A stretch of 64,000 bases of DNA, from contig CAVTRC010000001.1 of NCBI GenBank assembly GCA_963737065.1, positions 1,952,001-2,016,000 of the forward strand. Direction: 5' to 3'. A program made the position numbers and the translations under genes. This document shows positions 9,251 to 19,984 of this stretch, one piece after another. Origin of the DNA: Candidatus Eremiobacteria bacterium. GTDB taxonomy: Bacteria; Vulcanimicrobiota; Vulcanimicrobiia; Vulcanimicrobiales; Vulcanimicrobiaceae. The notes beneath the pieces are model-generated. The model was not told the origin of the DNA. It saw nothing but the letters and a program-made list of their open reading frames with translations, and did no database searches. Position 1 is the first letter of the stretch. The number at the start of each line of letters is the position of its first letter.

Positions 9251-10516
9251 ATGGGAGCCCACCTCGACGCGGACGTCGCGATCGTCGGCAGCGGAATTAT
9301 CGGCACGACGGCGGCTATCGAGCTTCGGGAAGCGGGTCTGACGGTGCTCGTGATCGATCCCAATAAACCGGGCGCCGGGACCGCGGGCGGAAGCGGCGGC
9401 TACATCCACGACGGCGAGATTTTTCCCGTTGCACAGCCGTCACTCTTCGCCGATCTTCCGCGGTTGTTGCTCGATCCGACCGGACCGCTCGTGATCCGTG
9501 CGTCGTATCTTCCGCGCTTGGTGCCGTGGGGAATCCGTTTCCTTACGACGATGCGCCGGTCGGTGACGGAACGCTCGATCGAGGGCGCCGCGCGGCTCAA
9601 CCGCGTTGCCGTCGATTCATTATTCGCGATGGCGGAAACCGCGAACGCGGAACGGTTTCTCGTGCGGCGCGGCGGTTTGAAAGTCGTTGCGGATTCGCGC
9701 ACGCTCGATACGCTGAGCGAATTGCTTCCGGTGTTGCACCGTCACGGCATTGCAGCGGAACCGCTCGATTCAGCGGAAGTTCAAGCGCGTGAACCGGCGC
9801 TTGCAACGCGCGTGGCCGGAGCGATCTACTATCCCGATTCCGCGCACTGCATCGATCCCGACGCTTTTGGAGAGAAGCTTGCCGAGCGCGTGCGATCTTC
9901 CAGCGGGGTATTGTCGGGCAGCGTTCGCGATCTGGTGCCGCAGGAGAACGGCAGTTGGAGGCTCAGCGTCGCCGAAAACACTTCGTCGGCGGATGTTCGC
10001 GTTGCACGCGTGCTGGTGAGCGCCGGGTACGCGTCCGGGGAACTGCTGCGTCCGCTGGGATATCGTGTGCCGGTGGCTGCTGCGCGCGGGTACCATCTGA
10101 TGATCGGAAAGCCGAGTGTATCGCTCGGCCGTCCGATGATTTTCTACGAATCGCATATCGGCGCGACGCCGATGGCGGATGGCATTCGCCTTGCCGGCAC
10201 GATGGAGTTTGCATCTCCCGAGTCGGCGCCCGATTTTCGCCGCGCGAAGATGCTATACGGAATCGCCAGGCAATACATTCCGGATTTGACCGCGCTCGAT
10301 ACGACGCCGTGGGTCGGAACACGCCCGCTCATGCCCGACTCGTTGCCGGCGATTGGGCGTGCATTCCGGCATGGCAATCTCTACTACGCATTCGGCCACG
10401 GCCATCTCGGATTCACGCAGGCGGCAGTTTCAGCGCGCGTCATTCGGGAGCTTATGACGGATGCCACTCCGACCATCGACGTTACTCCGTTTGATCTCGC
10501 GCGATTTCATGCGTGA
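9251..10516 (+). CDS. FAD-dependent D-amino-acid dehydrogenase/oxidase family protein (DadA-like)
   Basis: IVGSGIIG Rossmann motif, RGYH, RLAGTMEF, WVGTRP..PDSLPAIG, FGHGHLGFT. Confidence 0.88.
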   Translation: MGAHLDADVAIVGSGIIGTTAAIELREAGLTVLVIDPNKPGAGTAGGSGGYIHDGEIFPVAQPSLFADLPRLLLDPTGPLVIRASYLPRLVPWGIRFLTTMRRSVTERSIEGAARLNRVAVDSLFAMAETANAERFLVRRGGLKVVADSRTLDTLSELLPVLHRHGIAAEPLDSAEVQAREPALATRVAGAIYYPDSAHCIDPDAFGEKLAERVRSSSGVLSGSVRDLVPQENGSWRLSVAENTSSADVRVARVLVSAGYASGELLRPLGYRVPVAAARGYHLMIGKPSVSLGRPMIFYESHIGATPMADGIRLAGTMEFASPESAPDFRRAKMLYGIARQYIPDLTALDTTPWVGTRPLMPDSLPAIGRAFRHGNLYYAFGHGHLGFTQAAVSARVIRELMTDATPTIDVTPFDLARFHA

Positions 10517-10546
10517 ACCGTTCGCCGCTATGGAGGCTGTCTCAAA

Positions 10547-11989
10547 ATGAACCGATTCGCTCGCGTTTCCTATACCGCGGCGTTTGCTGCGTCGATCGTT
10601 CTGTGTACCGCGGCTTTGACGCCGCAGCAATCGTCGAAGATCGATGAAGTCGGGCATCGTTCCGTGGCCGGCGCAGCCGCGCCGGGCGTAACGATTGCCG
10701 TTGCGCGAGGGACACAGATCGTCTACCTCAAGGGCTTCGGCAGGAGCAATGTCGAGGACAGTGTTCCGGCGACGGCGGAAACGCGGTATCCGATCGGTTC
10801 GAATACCAAGCAGTTCACCGCTGCCGCAATCCTGATGCTGCAAGATCGCGGCCTGCTGAACATCAACGATCCGCTCGCGAAGTATCTCCCCGAGATCCCG
10901 CATGCGCAGCAAGTGACGATTCGCGAGCTGCTCACGCATGCCGGCGGGTATGCGGAGTACACCGAACGTGAAGACTTCGATGAAGTCGGTAACCGGCCAG
11001 CGACGCTGGCGCAGATCGTCGGCACGGTCGATTCGCGGCCCCTTTCCTTCAAACCCGGGACGAAACGCGAGTATTCGAATACCGGCTATGCGCTCTTGAC
11101 GATGGTCGTCGAGCGGCTTTCGAAGATGACGTACGCGCAATTCATGCAGCGCAATATCTTCGCGCCGCTCGGGATGTCGTCGACATACGTCCGAACCTAT
11201 GCCGATACGTTCCCTAACGTTGCAACCGAGTACGACGCGTTTGCCTTCGGTCCATGGGAACACGCGCTCTCGCTCGACTACAGTTGGTTTGCCGGCGCGG
11301 GATCGATCATTAGCAATGCACGCGATCTCGTGAAGTGGAACGCCGGCTTGCCGCGGTTGCTCTCAAAGCGTTCCCTCGGCGAGATGCTTACGCCGATCAA
11401 CCTCGGAAACGCATATCCGGGGTACGCCTTCGGCATTACGGTGAACAAACTGCCGAACGGCCATCGAATCATCGACCACGGTGGAAATACAACGGGCGCC
11501 GCGACGCAAGACGCGCGGTTTCCCGACGACGATCTCTCGATCATCGTTTTGGCGAACAGCGGAACGTTTTCATACGATGCCGCCACGATGGCGATCTACG
11601 GCGTGCTCGTGCCGTCGATCGCAACGGCAAAAACGCCGCCGCATCGTTCGCCAAACCGCAAAGCCTCCGCTATAGGGAACACGCAACTGGTCATCGAGGG
11701 CGAGCACTGGCTCGACGCTGCTATTGCGGGTCACATGGATATGGGGCAACTGCGGCCGGACTTTCGGGCCAAAATGACGGCGCTGCATCGCAACGAGTTG
11801 ACGGCGCTCGCCGGGCTCGGTGCACGCCAGTACACGCCGATCATGATCGATCGCCGTCCGCCGACCGAATCCGTCGGCTACATGGTGAAGACGCCGAAAA
11901 AGTCGTTCGTGTACTACTTCGGCCGCGACGATAACGGAGAGGTATCGGGAGCAGCTGTCGTCGCTATCGTAGACTATTCGAAACTGTAA
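10547..11989 (+). CDS. Secreted serine hydrolase (beta-lactamase/D-peptidase family)
   Basis: SxxK (SNTK), LLTHAGG, YSN, HGG; signal peptide; GGAGG SD. Confidence 0.9.
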   Translation: MNRFARVSYTAAFAASIVLCTAALTPQQSSKIDEVGHRSVAGAAAPGVTIAVARGTQIVYLKGFGRSNVEDSVPATAETRYPIGSNTKQFTAAAILMLQDRGLLNINDPLAKYLPEIPHAQQVTIRELLTHAGGYAEYTEREDFDEVGNRPATLAQIVGTVDSRPLSFKPGTKREYSNTGYALLTMVVERLSKMTYAQFMQRNIFAPLGMSSTYVRTYADTFPNVATEYDAFAFGPWEHALSLDYSWFAGAGSIISNARDLVKWNAGLPRLLSKRSLGEMLTPINLGNAYPGYAFGITVNKLPNGHRIIDHGGNTTGAATQDARFPDDDLSIIVLANSGTFSYDAATMAIYGVLVPSIATAKTPPHRSPNRKASAIGNTQLVIEGEHWLDAAIAGHMDMGQLRPDFRAKMTALHRNELTALAGLGARQYTPIMIDRRPPTESVGYMVKTPKKSFVYYFGRDDNGEVSGAAVVAIVDYSKL

Positions 11990-11997
11990 CGCCCGTG

Positions 11998-13512
11998 CTA
12001 GCGGTCGAACGTGAGCGTGATACGTGTGCGCTCGTGCGTTGAGCTAATTTCGAGACGCTTCGCGTACGAGCGCATGATCGGGATGCCGCGTCCGCGTTCG
12101 TCACGCGGCGTGAACATTCGCCAATGGCCGTAGCTGTCAATGTGCGCGACCAGTTCATCGGCGCGCGCTTCGAGATCGATGATGAACGTGTGCTGCGAAC
12201 CCTGCGTTCCATGTTCGATAGCATTTGCCACCGCTTCGCCGATCGCCATCAGCACGTCGTACTGATGTTCGCCGAAAATCCCGTTACGTTCGCAGAAGTG
12301 GCGCAGCGATTCGCGCGTAAGGCTCGCGCAAATCGGAATGCCGCTGAACTCCAAACGCTCGTGCGCGCCGTCGAGCGATTCCGAATGGTGAAGCGCGAGT
12401 GTCGCAGAGTCGTCGGTATTGACGATGTCGGAAAAAATTTCGGCATGCAGCGCGTCGGCGGTCGGCGTGCCGGCATTCGCGATGCGCTCGAGCGCCGCGA
12501 GTAACGCACGTTCGCCGGCGATAACGTCGCGACCGTATTCGAGCAGCCCGTCCGTATAAAAGAAGCAACTCGTACCCGGTGAAAGCGTGACCGTATAATC
12601 GTCCGATGCGGGGTTGCCGCCGAGCCCGAGCAGCAAACCACCCGCGGGCAGAAAGTGCGCGCGCTTACTCGCGCTCAGAAGCGCGGGCGGCGGATGGCCG
12701 GCCGATGCATAGCGAAGCACGTTGGTCGACACGTCGTAGATGCCGACGATCGCCGTTGCCATGCCGATGCCTTCGGCGCTCACGATGCCGTCGACGTAAT
12801 TCAGTAATGCTTTTGGCGAATCAGTCGTCGCGGCGGCCGCGCGCAACGCGCGGCGAATTTCGCTCATCGCGACCGCCGCCTCGAGTCCGTGTCCCGTAAC
12901 GTCGCCGACCGAGATGCCGATCGTTCCTTCACCAAGCTCGAAGGCGTCGTACCAATCGCCGCCAACATCGGCTTCGTCACTCGCGGGCCGGTACGCGGCG
13001 TCAAACGAGTGTCCCTCGGCCTGCACCAGGCGCGCGGGCAGCATTGCTTTCTGCAAGCGCTTCGAGACCGTGTAATGGTGTTCGAGCGCTTCGGCTTGAT
13101 CGATCGATGTTGCGAGGATCGTTGCAATGAGCGGAATCGCCGCACCGCCCACCTTCACGAGCGTCTCGGGAGGAGAGATACCGATCACGAGCATGCCGAT
13201 TTGCCGACCACCGACGATCAGCGGCTCTTCGATCAGCGTTCCGGTTCCGGCAACGCGGGCGCGCTGCACGACCAAATTGTCATATGACAGTAAAGAAAGG
13301 TCACCGAATTCGGCACGATCGCGGCAGGCAAATGCAGCTGCGACCGGACCTGCGCTCCGCAAATAAATCGCGCAGAAGTCTGCGAATGCGGCCACGCACA
13401 ACTCAGATGCCTGAGCTGCTGTACGCAGACCATGTCCCAGCCCAGTGGATATGGACTGGCCGCTAATCCTTGCGAGACCAGCGTACAACTGTTCCGATAG
13501 ATCCGTAATCAA
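11998..13512 (-). CDS. SpoIIE/PP2C phosphatase fused to a C-terminal RsbW-like HATPase domain, with a GAF-like N-terminus
   Basis: VGGDWYD, GDVTGHG, SAGHPP, YTDGL, DD motifs; EAVANAIEHG and RGRG in the C-terminus. Confidence 0.9.
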   Translation of the reverse strand: MITDLSEQLYAGLARISGQSISTGLGHGLRTAAQASELCVAAFADFCAIYLRSAGPVAAAFACRDRAEFGDLSLLSYDNLVVQRARVAGTGTLIEEPLIVGGRQIGMLVIGISPPETLVKVGGAAIPLIATILATSIDQAEALEHHYTVSKRLQKAMLPARLVQAEGHSFDAAYRPASDEADVGGDWYDAFELGEGTIGISVGDVTGHGLEAAVAMSEIRRALRAAAATTDSPKALLNYVDGIVSAEGIGMATAIVGIYDVSTNVLRYASAGHPPPALLSASKRAHFLPAGGLLLGLGGNPASDDYTVTLSPGTSCFFYTDGLLEYGRDVIAGERALLAALERIANAGTPTADALHAEIFSDIVNTDDSATLALHHSESLDGAHERLEFSGIPICASLTRESLRHFCERNGIFGEHQYDVLMAIGEAVANAIEHGTQGSQHTFIIDLEARADELVAHIDSYGHWRMFTPRDERGRGIPIMRSYAKRLEISSTHERTRITLTFDR

Positions 13513-13591
13513 GCGATCCTCGTTCGGTTTCCCGGTCGATTTATGCCCGCTTGCCGGCTGTAATCAAACCGAAGCTTTTTCTCCCTCGCTT

Positions 13592-13615
13592 GTTTGGCCG
13601 GAATCGATCGGGTAA
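13592..13615 (+). promoter_or_regulatory. SigB/SigF-type promoter (GTTT-N14-GGGTAA) upstream of the poly-HAMP kinase
   Basis: GTTTggccggaatcgatcGGGTAA matches the general-stress sigma consensus. Confidence 0.55.
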
Positions 13616-13708
13616 AGTTGAGATACCGGCACTCGGACGCGATTTGTCGCGCCCTCGACACGTTATCTCACAAAATCGACGACGCCTTAAGGAGGCACCG
13701 TCTGAACG

Positions 13709-16700
13709 ATGTCATCGACCGTACCAGTTCCAACTTCAAATAGCAACAACGCACAAGACGGTGAGCCGGGGCGATTACAACAAACAGCCCTCTTGGCCGC
13801 GCTCCGGGCCTTTCGAGACGGACGGTTCGATACGCGCCTTCCCGACACGTTCACGGGCATCGACGCCGACATCGCGCAGGCGTTCAACGACTGCATCGAA
13901 CGCAACGTGCGCATGAACGCCGAACTCGAGCGCATCAGTAAGGTGGTCGGACGCGAAGGATCGATCAATAAGCGCGCGACGTACGAGGACACGAAGGGTG
14001 CATGGCGCAGCGGCATCGATTCGGTCAATCAACTGATCGACGATCTCGTGTTCCCGATGTCCGAAGCGGGACGCGTACTCGGTGCGGTCGCGAACGGCGA
14101 CTTGTCGCAGCGGATGCCGCTCGAGACGGAAAACCATCCGCTAAAGGGTGAGTTCTTGCGCTCTAGCCGCACGATCAATACGATGGTCGACCGGCTCAAC
14201 GCGTTCGCGTCGGAGGTGACGCGCGTCGCGCGCGAAGTCGGATCGGAAGGGAAACTCGGCGGTCAAGCGCTCGTGAAGGGCGTGGCCGGCACATGGAAAG
14301 ATCTGACCGACTCGGTGAACACGATGGCGGGTAACCTCACGGCGCAGGTTCGTAACATCGCCGAAGTCACCACCGCCGTTGCAAACGGCGACCTCTCAAA
14401 GAAGATTACCGTCGAAGCGCGCGGCGAGATTCTCGAACTGAAGAACACGATCAATACGATGGTCGATCAGCTCAACGCGTTCGCGTCCGAAGTGACCCGC
14501 GTTGCGCGCGAAGTCGGCTCGGAAGGCAAGCTCGGCGGCCAGGCCGACGTCAAAGGCGTTTCGGGTACGTGGAAGGACCTCACCGACTCGGTGAACTTCA
14601 TGGCGTCCAACCTCACGTCGCAGGTGCGGAACATCGCGGAAGTCACGACCGCGGTCGCGCGCGGCGACCTTTCGAAGAAGATCACCGTCGACGTTCGCGG
14701 CGAAATCGCGGAGCTCAAAGACACGATCAACACGATGGTCGATCAGCTAAACGCGTTTGCGTCGGAAGTTACGCGTGTTGCTCGCGAAGTCGGTTCCGAA
14801 GGCAAGCTCGGCGGACAAGCCGAGGTCAAAGGCGTGGCCGGTACGTGGAAAGACCTCACCGACTCGGTGAACACGATGGCCGGCAACCTGACGTCGCAGG
14901 TGCGGAACATCGCCGAAGTCACGACGGCCGTCGCGCGCGGCGACCTTTCGAAGAAAATCACCGTCGACGTCCGCGGAGAAATTCTCGAACTGAAGGTCAC
15001 CGTCAATACGATGGTCGACCAGTTGAACGCATTCGCATCCGAAGTTACCCGTGTTGCTCGCGAAGTGGGCTCCGAAGGAAAGCTTGGCGGACAAGCCGCG
15101 GTCTCCGGCGTTGCGGGCACGTGGAAAGATCTCACCGACTCGGTCAACACGATGGCGTCGAACCTCACGGCGCAAGTTCGTAACATCGCCGACGTCACGA
15201 CGGCGGTCGCGAACGGCGATCTTTCGCGCAAGATCACGGTCGACGTCAAAGGCGAAATTCTCGACCTCAAACGTACGATCAACACGATGGTCGATCAACT
15301 CAACGCCTTCGCGTCGGAGGTGACGCGTGTTGCACGCGAAGTCGGATCCGAAGGCATGCTGGGCGGCCAGGCCGACGTTCGCGGCGTCTCCGGTACGTGG
15401 AAAGATTTGACGGACTCCGTCAACGTCATGGCTTCGAACCTCACGTCGCAGGTCCGGAACATCGCAGAAGTCACCACCGCCGTTGCTAACGGCGACCTCT
15501 CCAAAAAGATTACCGTCGATGTCCGCGGCGAGATTCTCGAGCTGAAGAACACGATCAACACGATGGTCGACCAGCTCAACGGTTTCGCGTCCGAAGTCAC
15601 GCGTGTCGCGCGTGAAGTCGGTTCGGAAGGTATTCTCGGCGGTCAAGCGCAGGTGGCCGGCGTTTCCGGTACGTGGAAAGACTTGACCGACTCGGTGAAT
15701 TTCATGGCGTCGAACCTGACGTCGCAAGTCCGCAATATCGCCGAAGTGACGACGGCCGTTGCAAACGGCGACCTCTCGAAGAAGATCACGGTTCCGGTTC
15801 GCGGCGAGATCCTCGAACTGAAGAACACGATCAACACGATGGTCGACCAGCTCAACGCGTTCGCGTCGGAAGTCACGCGTGTCGCGCGCGAAGTCGGTTC
15901 CGAAGGCAAGCTCGGCGGTCAGGCGGACGTCAAAGGCGTTTCCGGTACGTGGAAAGATCTCACCGATTCGGTCAACTTCATGGCGTCGAATCTCACGTCG
16001 CAGGTGCGCAACATCGCCGACGTCACGACCGCCGTCGCAAACGGTGATCTCTCGAAGAAGATTACGGTCGACGTTCGCGGCGAGATTCTCGAACTCAAGA
16101 ACACGATCAACACGATGGTCGACCAGCTCAACGCGTTCGCGTCGGAAGTCACGCGTGTCGCGCGTGAAGTCGGTTCCGAAGGCAAGCTCGGCGGTCAAGC
16201 CGAGGTCAAAGGCGTTTCGGGTACGTGGAAAGACCTCACCGACTCCGTGAACGTGATGGCGTCGAACCTGACGTCGCAGGTTCGTAACATCGCCGACGTT
16301 ACGACCGCCGTTGCGAACGGCGATCTCTCGAAGAAGATCACCGTCGACGTTCGCGGCGAGATCGCCGAACTGAAGAACACGATCAACACGATGGTCGATC
16401 AGCTGAACGCCTTCGCGTCGGAAGTGACGCGCGTTGCGCGCGAAGTCGGTTCAGAAGGCATTCTCGGTGGTCAAGCACAGGTTGCCGGCGTCTCCGGTAC
16501 GTGGAAAGACTTGACCGACTCCGTGAACTTCATGGCCTCGAACCTCACGTCGCAGGTGCGTAACATCGCGAAGGTCACGACGGCGGTCGCGAACGGCGAT
16601 CTTTCGAAGAAGATCACCGTGAACGTGCGCGGCGAAATCGCCGAGCTCAAAGATACGATCAACGTCATGGTCGATCAGCTGAACGCATTCGCGTCCGAGG

Positions 16701-19700
16701 TTACGCGTGTCGCGCGTGAAGTCGGCTCCGACGGCGTTCTCGGCGGTCAGGCGCACGTGCAAGGCGTCAGCGGCGTGTGGAAAGACTTGACCGACAACGT
16801 GAACTCGATGGCGGCGAACCTGACGAATCAGGTGCGCGGTATCGCGGAAGTCGTCACCGGCGTCGCAAACGGGGATCTCAAACGTAAGCTCACGCTGCAA
16901 GCTCGCGGCGAAATCGCGCAACTCGCCGAGACGATCAACGGGATGATCGATACGCTCGCAATCTTCGCCGACCAAGTCACGACGGTTGCGCGCGAAGTCG
17001 GTTTCGAAGGGAAGCTCGGCGGTCAGGCGGCGGTCCCCGGTGCGGCCGGTCTCTGGCGCGACTTAACGGACAACGTCAACCAGCTCGCCGCTCAGCTCAC
17101 AAACCAGATTCGCGCGATCTCGGAAGTTGCGACCGCGGTTACGAAGGGCGATCTGTCGCGTACGATTGAAATTGAAGCACGCGGCGAGGTCGGCGAACTT
17201 ACACGCAACGTCAACGAGATGATTCAAAATCTCCGCGACACGACGAATAAGAACACCGAACAAGACTGGTTCAAGACGAACCTTGCGCGATTCACGTCGA
17301 TGCTGCAAGGCCAGCGCGATATCACCGCGGTCACGCAGTTGATCATGTCCGAGCTCGCACCGCTCGTAAACGCGCAAGCCGGCGGATTCTACATGGCCGA
17401 CGCTACGGAAGGCGATGCGGTTCTGCGTCTGATCGCAAGCTACGCACTTCCCCGGCATCGCCGTCAAATGAAGGCCATTCCGTTCGGCGAGGGGCTCGTC
17501 GGACAAGTCGCGATCGAGAAACAGCGCGTGTTGCTCACGGAAGTGCCCGTCGACTATCTGCGGATCGGTTCGGGAATCGGCGCGGTCGACTCGGTGAGCC
17601 TTGTCGTGTTGCCGGTCACGTTCGAAGGTGAAATCAAGGCCGTCATCGAGCTTGGATCGCTCGACTGCTTCAGTGAAATCCATTTGCTCTTCCTCGATCA
17701 GCTGATGCAGTCGATCGGCGTCATGTTGAACACGATCACCGCGTCGATGCGGACGGAAGAACTGCTCAAGCAGTCGCAATCGCTGACCGCGGAACTGCAA
17801 AGCCAGCAGCTCGAACTCAAACAGACCAACGACGAACTCGAGGAAAAGGCGCGTCTGTTGCAAGAGCGTAACGCCGAAGTGGAACGCCGCACGCGTGAAA
17901 TCGAAGAAGCGCGCACGGAACTCGAGAAGAAGGCCGAGCAGCTCTCGCTTACGTCGAAGTACAAGTCGCAGTTCCTTGCGAACATGTCGCACGAGTTGCG
18001 CACGCCGCTGAACTCGCTGCTAATCCTTTCGAAACAGCTTTCCGAGAATCCGGAAGGCAATATGACGCCGAAGCAGATCGAGTTCGCGCAGACGATTCGC
18101 GCTGCCGGTACGGACTTGCTGACGCTCATCAACGACATCCTCGATCTTTCGAAGATCGAATCGGGAACGACGGCGATCGACCTTCAGGAAGTATCGGTGG
18201 ACTCGATCGAAGGCGAAGTCAAACGCACGTTCAGTCAAATCGCCGCCGACAAGAACCTGCGCTTCATCGTGGCGCGTGACGATGACGTGCCGAAGTCGAT
18301 CGTTACCGACCCGACGCGTTTGCAGCAAGTTCTGAAAAACTTGCTTTCGAACGCGTTCAAGTTTACGAGCGAAGGCGCCGTGACGCTGCACCTCAGCATG
18401 GTTCACGATCGCCGTTTACCGGTTCCCGGGCCGGCGGTGGCGTTCGCCGTCACGGATACCGGCATCGGCATCCCGCAAGATAAGTTCAACGTGATCTTCG
18501 AAGCGTTCCAGCAAGCCGACATGGGAACGTCGCGGAAATTCGGCGGTACCGGGCTCGGTCTTGCGATCAGCCGCGAGATTGCCGGATTGCTCGGCGGCGA
18601 AATCGGTGTGGAAAGCGCGGTCGGCGTAGGCAGTACGTTCACGCTCTTCCATCCGGCGCAGCGCGCGGCTACGCAACGCACCGAGGCGACGACGATTCAC
18701 ACCACGCGATTCGAATCCGGAACACATCTACACGAATCAGCAGAGCAACTTCAGCGCCGTATCGCTTCCGCGAAGCCTGCTGCGATCGCCGACGATCGCG
18801 ATGCGATCACCGCCGACGATCGAACGCTCCTCGTTATCGAGGACGATCCCACGTTCGCGAAGCTGCTATCCGCATTCGCTCACGAACGCGGATTCAAGAC
18901 GATCGCCGCGCATAGCGGACGCGAAGCCCTCGAACTCGCGAACCGTTACGTTCCCGACGCGATCACGCTCGATGTCGGCTTACCGGACATGGATGGCTGG
19001 CAGGTGCTCGATACGATCAAACGCGGCAACGCGACATCGCACATTCCCGTTCACGTCATCTCCGGCGACGAACATCAGCAGCGCGCGCTGCAGGCGGGTG
19101 CGGTCGCGCACCTGCAAAAACCGGTGTCGGAAGAAGCCCTGATGGAAACCTTCGACCGGCTTCTCGGCTTTGCGGAGAATCGCGGGAAGAACGTGCTCGT
19201 CGTCGAGGACGACATCACGCAGCTCAATGCGATGGTCGGCCTCATCGGTACGGGCGAAATGCAAGTGACGGCGGTGTCTTCGGGCGATGCGGCGCTCGGG
19301 GCGGTCACGCACGAGAAATTCGACTGTATCGTCATCGATCTCGGCTTGCCCGATATGGACGGTGACCGCCTGATCGAACAGTTGCGCGCGCGTCCCGGCA
19401 GCGACACGACGCCGATCATCGTCTACACCGGACGCGAACTCTCGCGTGACGATGAAGCGCGTCTACGCCGGCTCTCCTCGACGATCATCGTCAAGGACGG
19501 TCATGCGCCGGAACGTTTGCTCGACGAGCTCAATTTCTTCTTGCATCGCGTCGAAGCCGATCTCGGGCCCGCGAAGAAACCGATCGGCGGAGATCTGAAC
19601 GGAACTTCGCTTCTTGGCAAACGGGTGCTCGTGGTCGACGACGACGCGCGCAATATCTTTGCGCTCGAAGCGGCACTTCGCTCGTACGGCATGGAAGTGC

Positions 19701-19984
19701 TGAGCGCCGAGAGCGGCATGCAGGGCATCGAGATGTTGCGTTCACGTAACAACATCGACATCGTGTTGATGGACATTATGATGCCGGAGATGGACGGCTA
19801 TGAAACGATTCGCCGAATCCGTGCGGAGAACCGCATCGCGGACGTCCCGATCATCGCGCTCACGGCAAAAGCGATGAAGGGCGACCGGGACGCATGCATC
19901 GCTGCAGGCGCCTCGGAGTACGTGAGTAAACCCGTCGATATCGACCAACTCACGTCGTTGCTCAAAATATGGTTGAACAAGTAG
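13709..19984 (+). CDS. Cytoplasmic poly-HAMP hybrid histidine kinase (HAMP array-GAF-coiled coil-HisKA-HATPase-3xREC; OsaA/Nik1-like)
   Basis: About 12 repeats of 92 aa; [15 protein letters not shown]-box; [23 protein letters not shown]; three receiver domains with conserved Asp; no TM segment. Confidence 0.95.
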   Translation: MSSTVPVPTSNSNNAQDGEPGRLQQTALLAALRAFRDGRFDTRLPDTFTGIDADIAQAFNDCIERNVRMNAELERISKVVGREGSINKRATYEDTKGAWRSGIDSVNQLIDDLVFPMSEAGRVLGAVANGDLSQRMPLETENHPLKGEFLRSSRTINTMVDRLNAFASEVTRVAREVGSEGKLGGQALVKGVAGTWKDLTDSVNTMAGNLTAQVRNIAEVTTAVANGDLSKKITVEARGEILELKNTINTMVDQLNAFASEVTRVAREVGSEGKLGGQADVKGVSGTWKDLTDSVNFMASNLTSQVRNIAEVTTAVARGDLSKKITVDVRGEIAELKDTINTMVDQLNAFASEVTRVAREVGSEGKLGGQAEVKGVAGTWKDLTDSVNTMAGNLTSQVRNIAEVTTAVARGDLSKKITVDVRGEILELKVTVNTMVDQLNAFASEVTRVAREVGSEGKLGGQAAVSGVAGTWKDLTDSVNTMASNLTAQVRNIADVTTAVANGDLSRKITVDVKGEILDLKRTINTMVDQLNAFASEVTRVAREVGSEGMLGGQADVRGVSGTWKDLTDSVNVMASNLTSQVRNIAEVTTAVANGDLSKKITVDVRGEILELKNTINTMVDQLNGFASEVTRVAREVGSEGILGGQAQVAGVSGTWKDLTDSVNFMASNLTSQVRNIAEVTTAVANGDLSKKITVPVRGEILELKNTINTMVDQLNAFASEVTRVAREVGSEGKLGGQADVKGVSGTWKDLTDSVNFMASNLTSQVRNIADVTTAVANGDLSKKITVDVRGEILELKNTINTMVDQLNAFASEVTRVAREVGSEGKLGGQAEVKGVSGTWKDLTDSVNVMASNLTSQVRNIADVTTAVANGDLSKKITVDVRGEIAELKNTINTMVDQLNAFASEVTRVAREVGSEGILGGQAQVAGVSGTWKDLTDSVNFMASNLTSQVRNIAKVTTAVANGDLSKKITVNVRGEIAELKDTINVMVDQLNAFASEVTRVAREVGSDGVLGGQAHVQGVSGVWKDLTDNVNSMAANLTNQVRGIAEVVTGVANGDLKRKLTLQARGEIAQLAETINGMIDTLAIFADQVTTVAREVGFEGKLGGQAAVPGAAGLWRDLTDNVNQLAAQLTNQIRAISEVATAVTKGDLSRTIEIEARGEVGELTRNVNEMIQNLRDTTNKNTEQDWFKTNLARFTSMLQGQRDITAVTQLIMSELAPLVNAQAGGFYMADATEGDAVLRLIASYALPRHRRQMKAIPFGEGLVGQVAIEKQRVLLTEVPVDYLRIGSGIGAVDSVSLVVLPVTFEGEIKAVIELGSLDCFSEIHLLFLDQLMQSIGVMLNTITASMRTEELLKQSQSLTAELQSQQLELKQTNDELEEKARLLQERNAEVERRTREIEEARTELEKKAEQLSLTSKYKSQFLANMSHELRTPLNSLLILSKQLSENPEGNMTPKQIEFAQTIRAAGTDLLTLINDILDLSKIESGTTAIDLQEVSVDSIEGEVKRTFSQIAADKNLRFIVARDDDVPKSIVTDPTRLQQVLKNLLSNAFKFTSEGAVTLHLSMVHDRRLPVPGPAVAFAVTDTGIGIPQDKFNVIFEAFQQADMGTSRKFGGTGLGLAISREIAGLLGGEIGVESAVGVGSTFTLFHPAQRAATQRTEATTIHTTRFESGTHLHESAEQLQRRIASAKPAAIADDRDAITADDRTLLVIEDDPTFAKLLSAFAHERGFKTIAAHSGREALELANRYVPDAITLDVGLPDMDGWQVLDTIKRGNATSHIPVHVISGDEHQQRALQAGAVAHLQKPVSEEALMETFDRLLGFAENRGKNVLVVEDDITQLNAMVGLIGTGEMQVTAVSSGDAALGAVTHEKFDCIVIDLGLPDMDGDRLIEQLRARPGSDTTPIIVYTGRELSRDDEARLRRLSSTIIVKDGHAPERLLDELNFFLHRVEADLGPAKKPIGGDLNGTSLLGKRVLVVDDDARNIFALEAALRSYGMEVLSAESGMQGIEMLRSRNNIDIVLMDIMMPEMDGYETIRRIRAENRIADVPIIALTAKAMKGDRDACIAAGASEYVSKPVDIDQLTSLLKIWLNK
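14010..17240 (+). repeat. Coding tandem repeat, 276-bp unit (HAMP array), about 12 copies; boundaries approximate
   Basis: W(K/R)DLTD(S/N)VN recurs every 276 nt from about 14293 to 17053 (11 copies), plus a diverged first unit. Confidence 0.9.

Noticed and set aside
14747..16198. 483-aa repetitive minus-strand ORF and other ORFs in the repeat array
   Set aside because: Antisense or alternate-frame shadows of the HAMP repeats
14010..17240. Regular repeats considered as CRISPR or assembly artefact
   Set aside because: 276-bp in-frame coding units with no spacers and with synonymous divergence between copies
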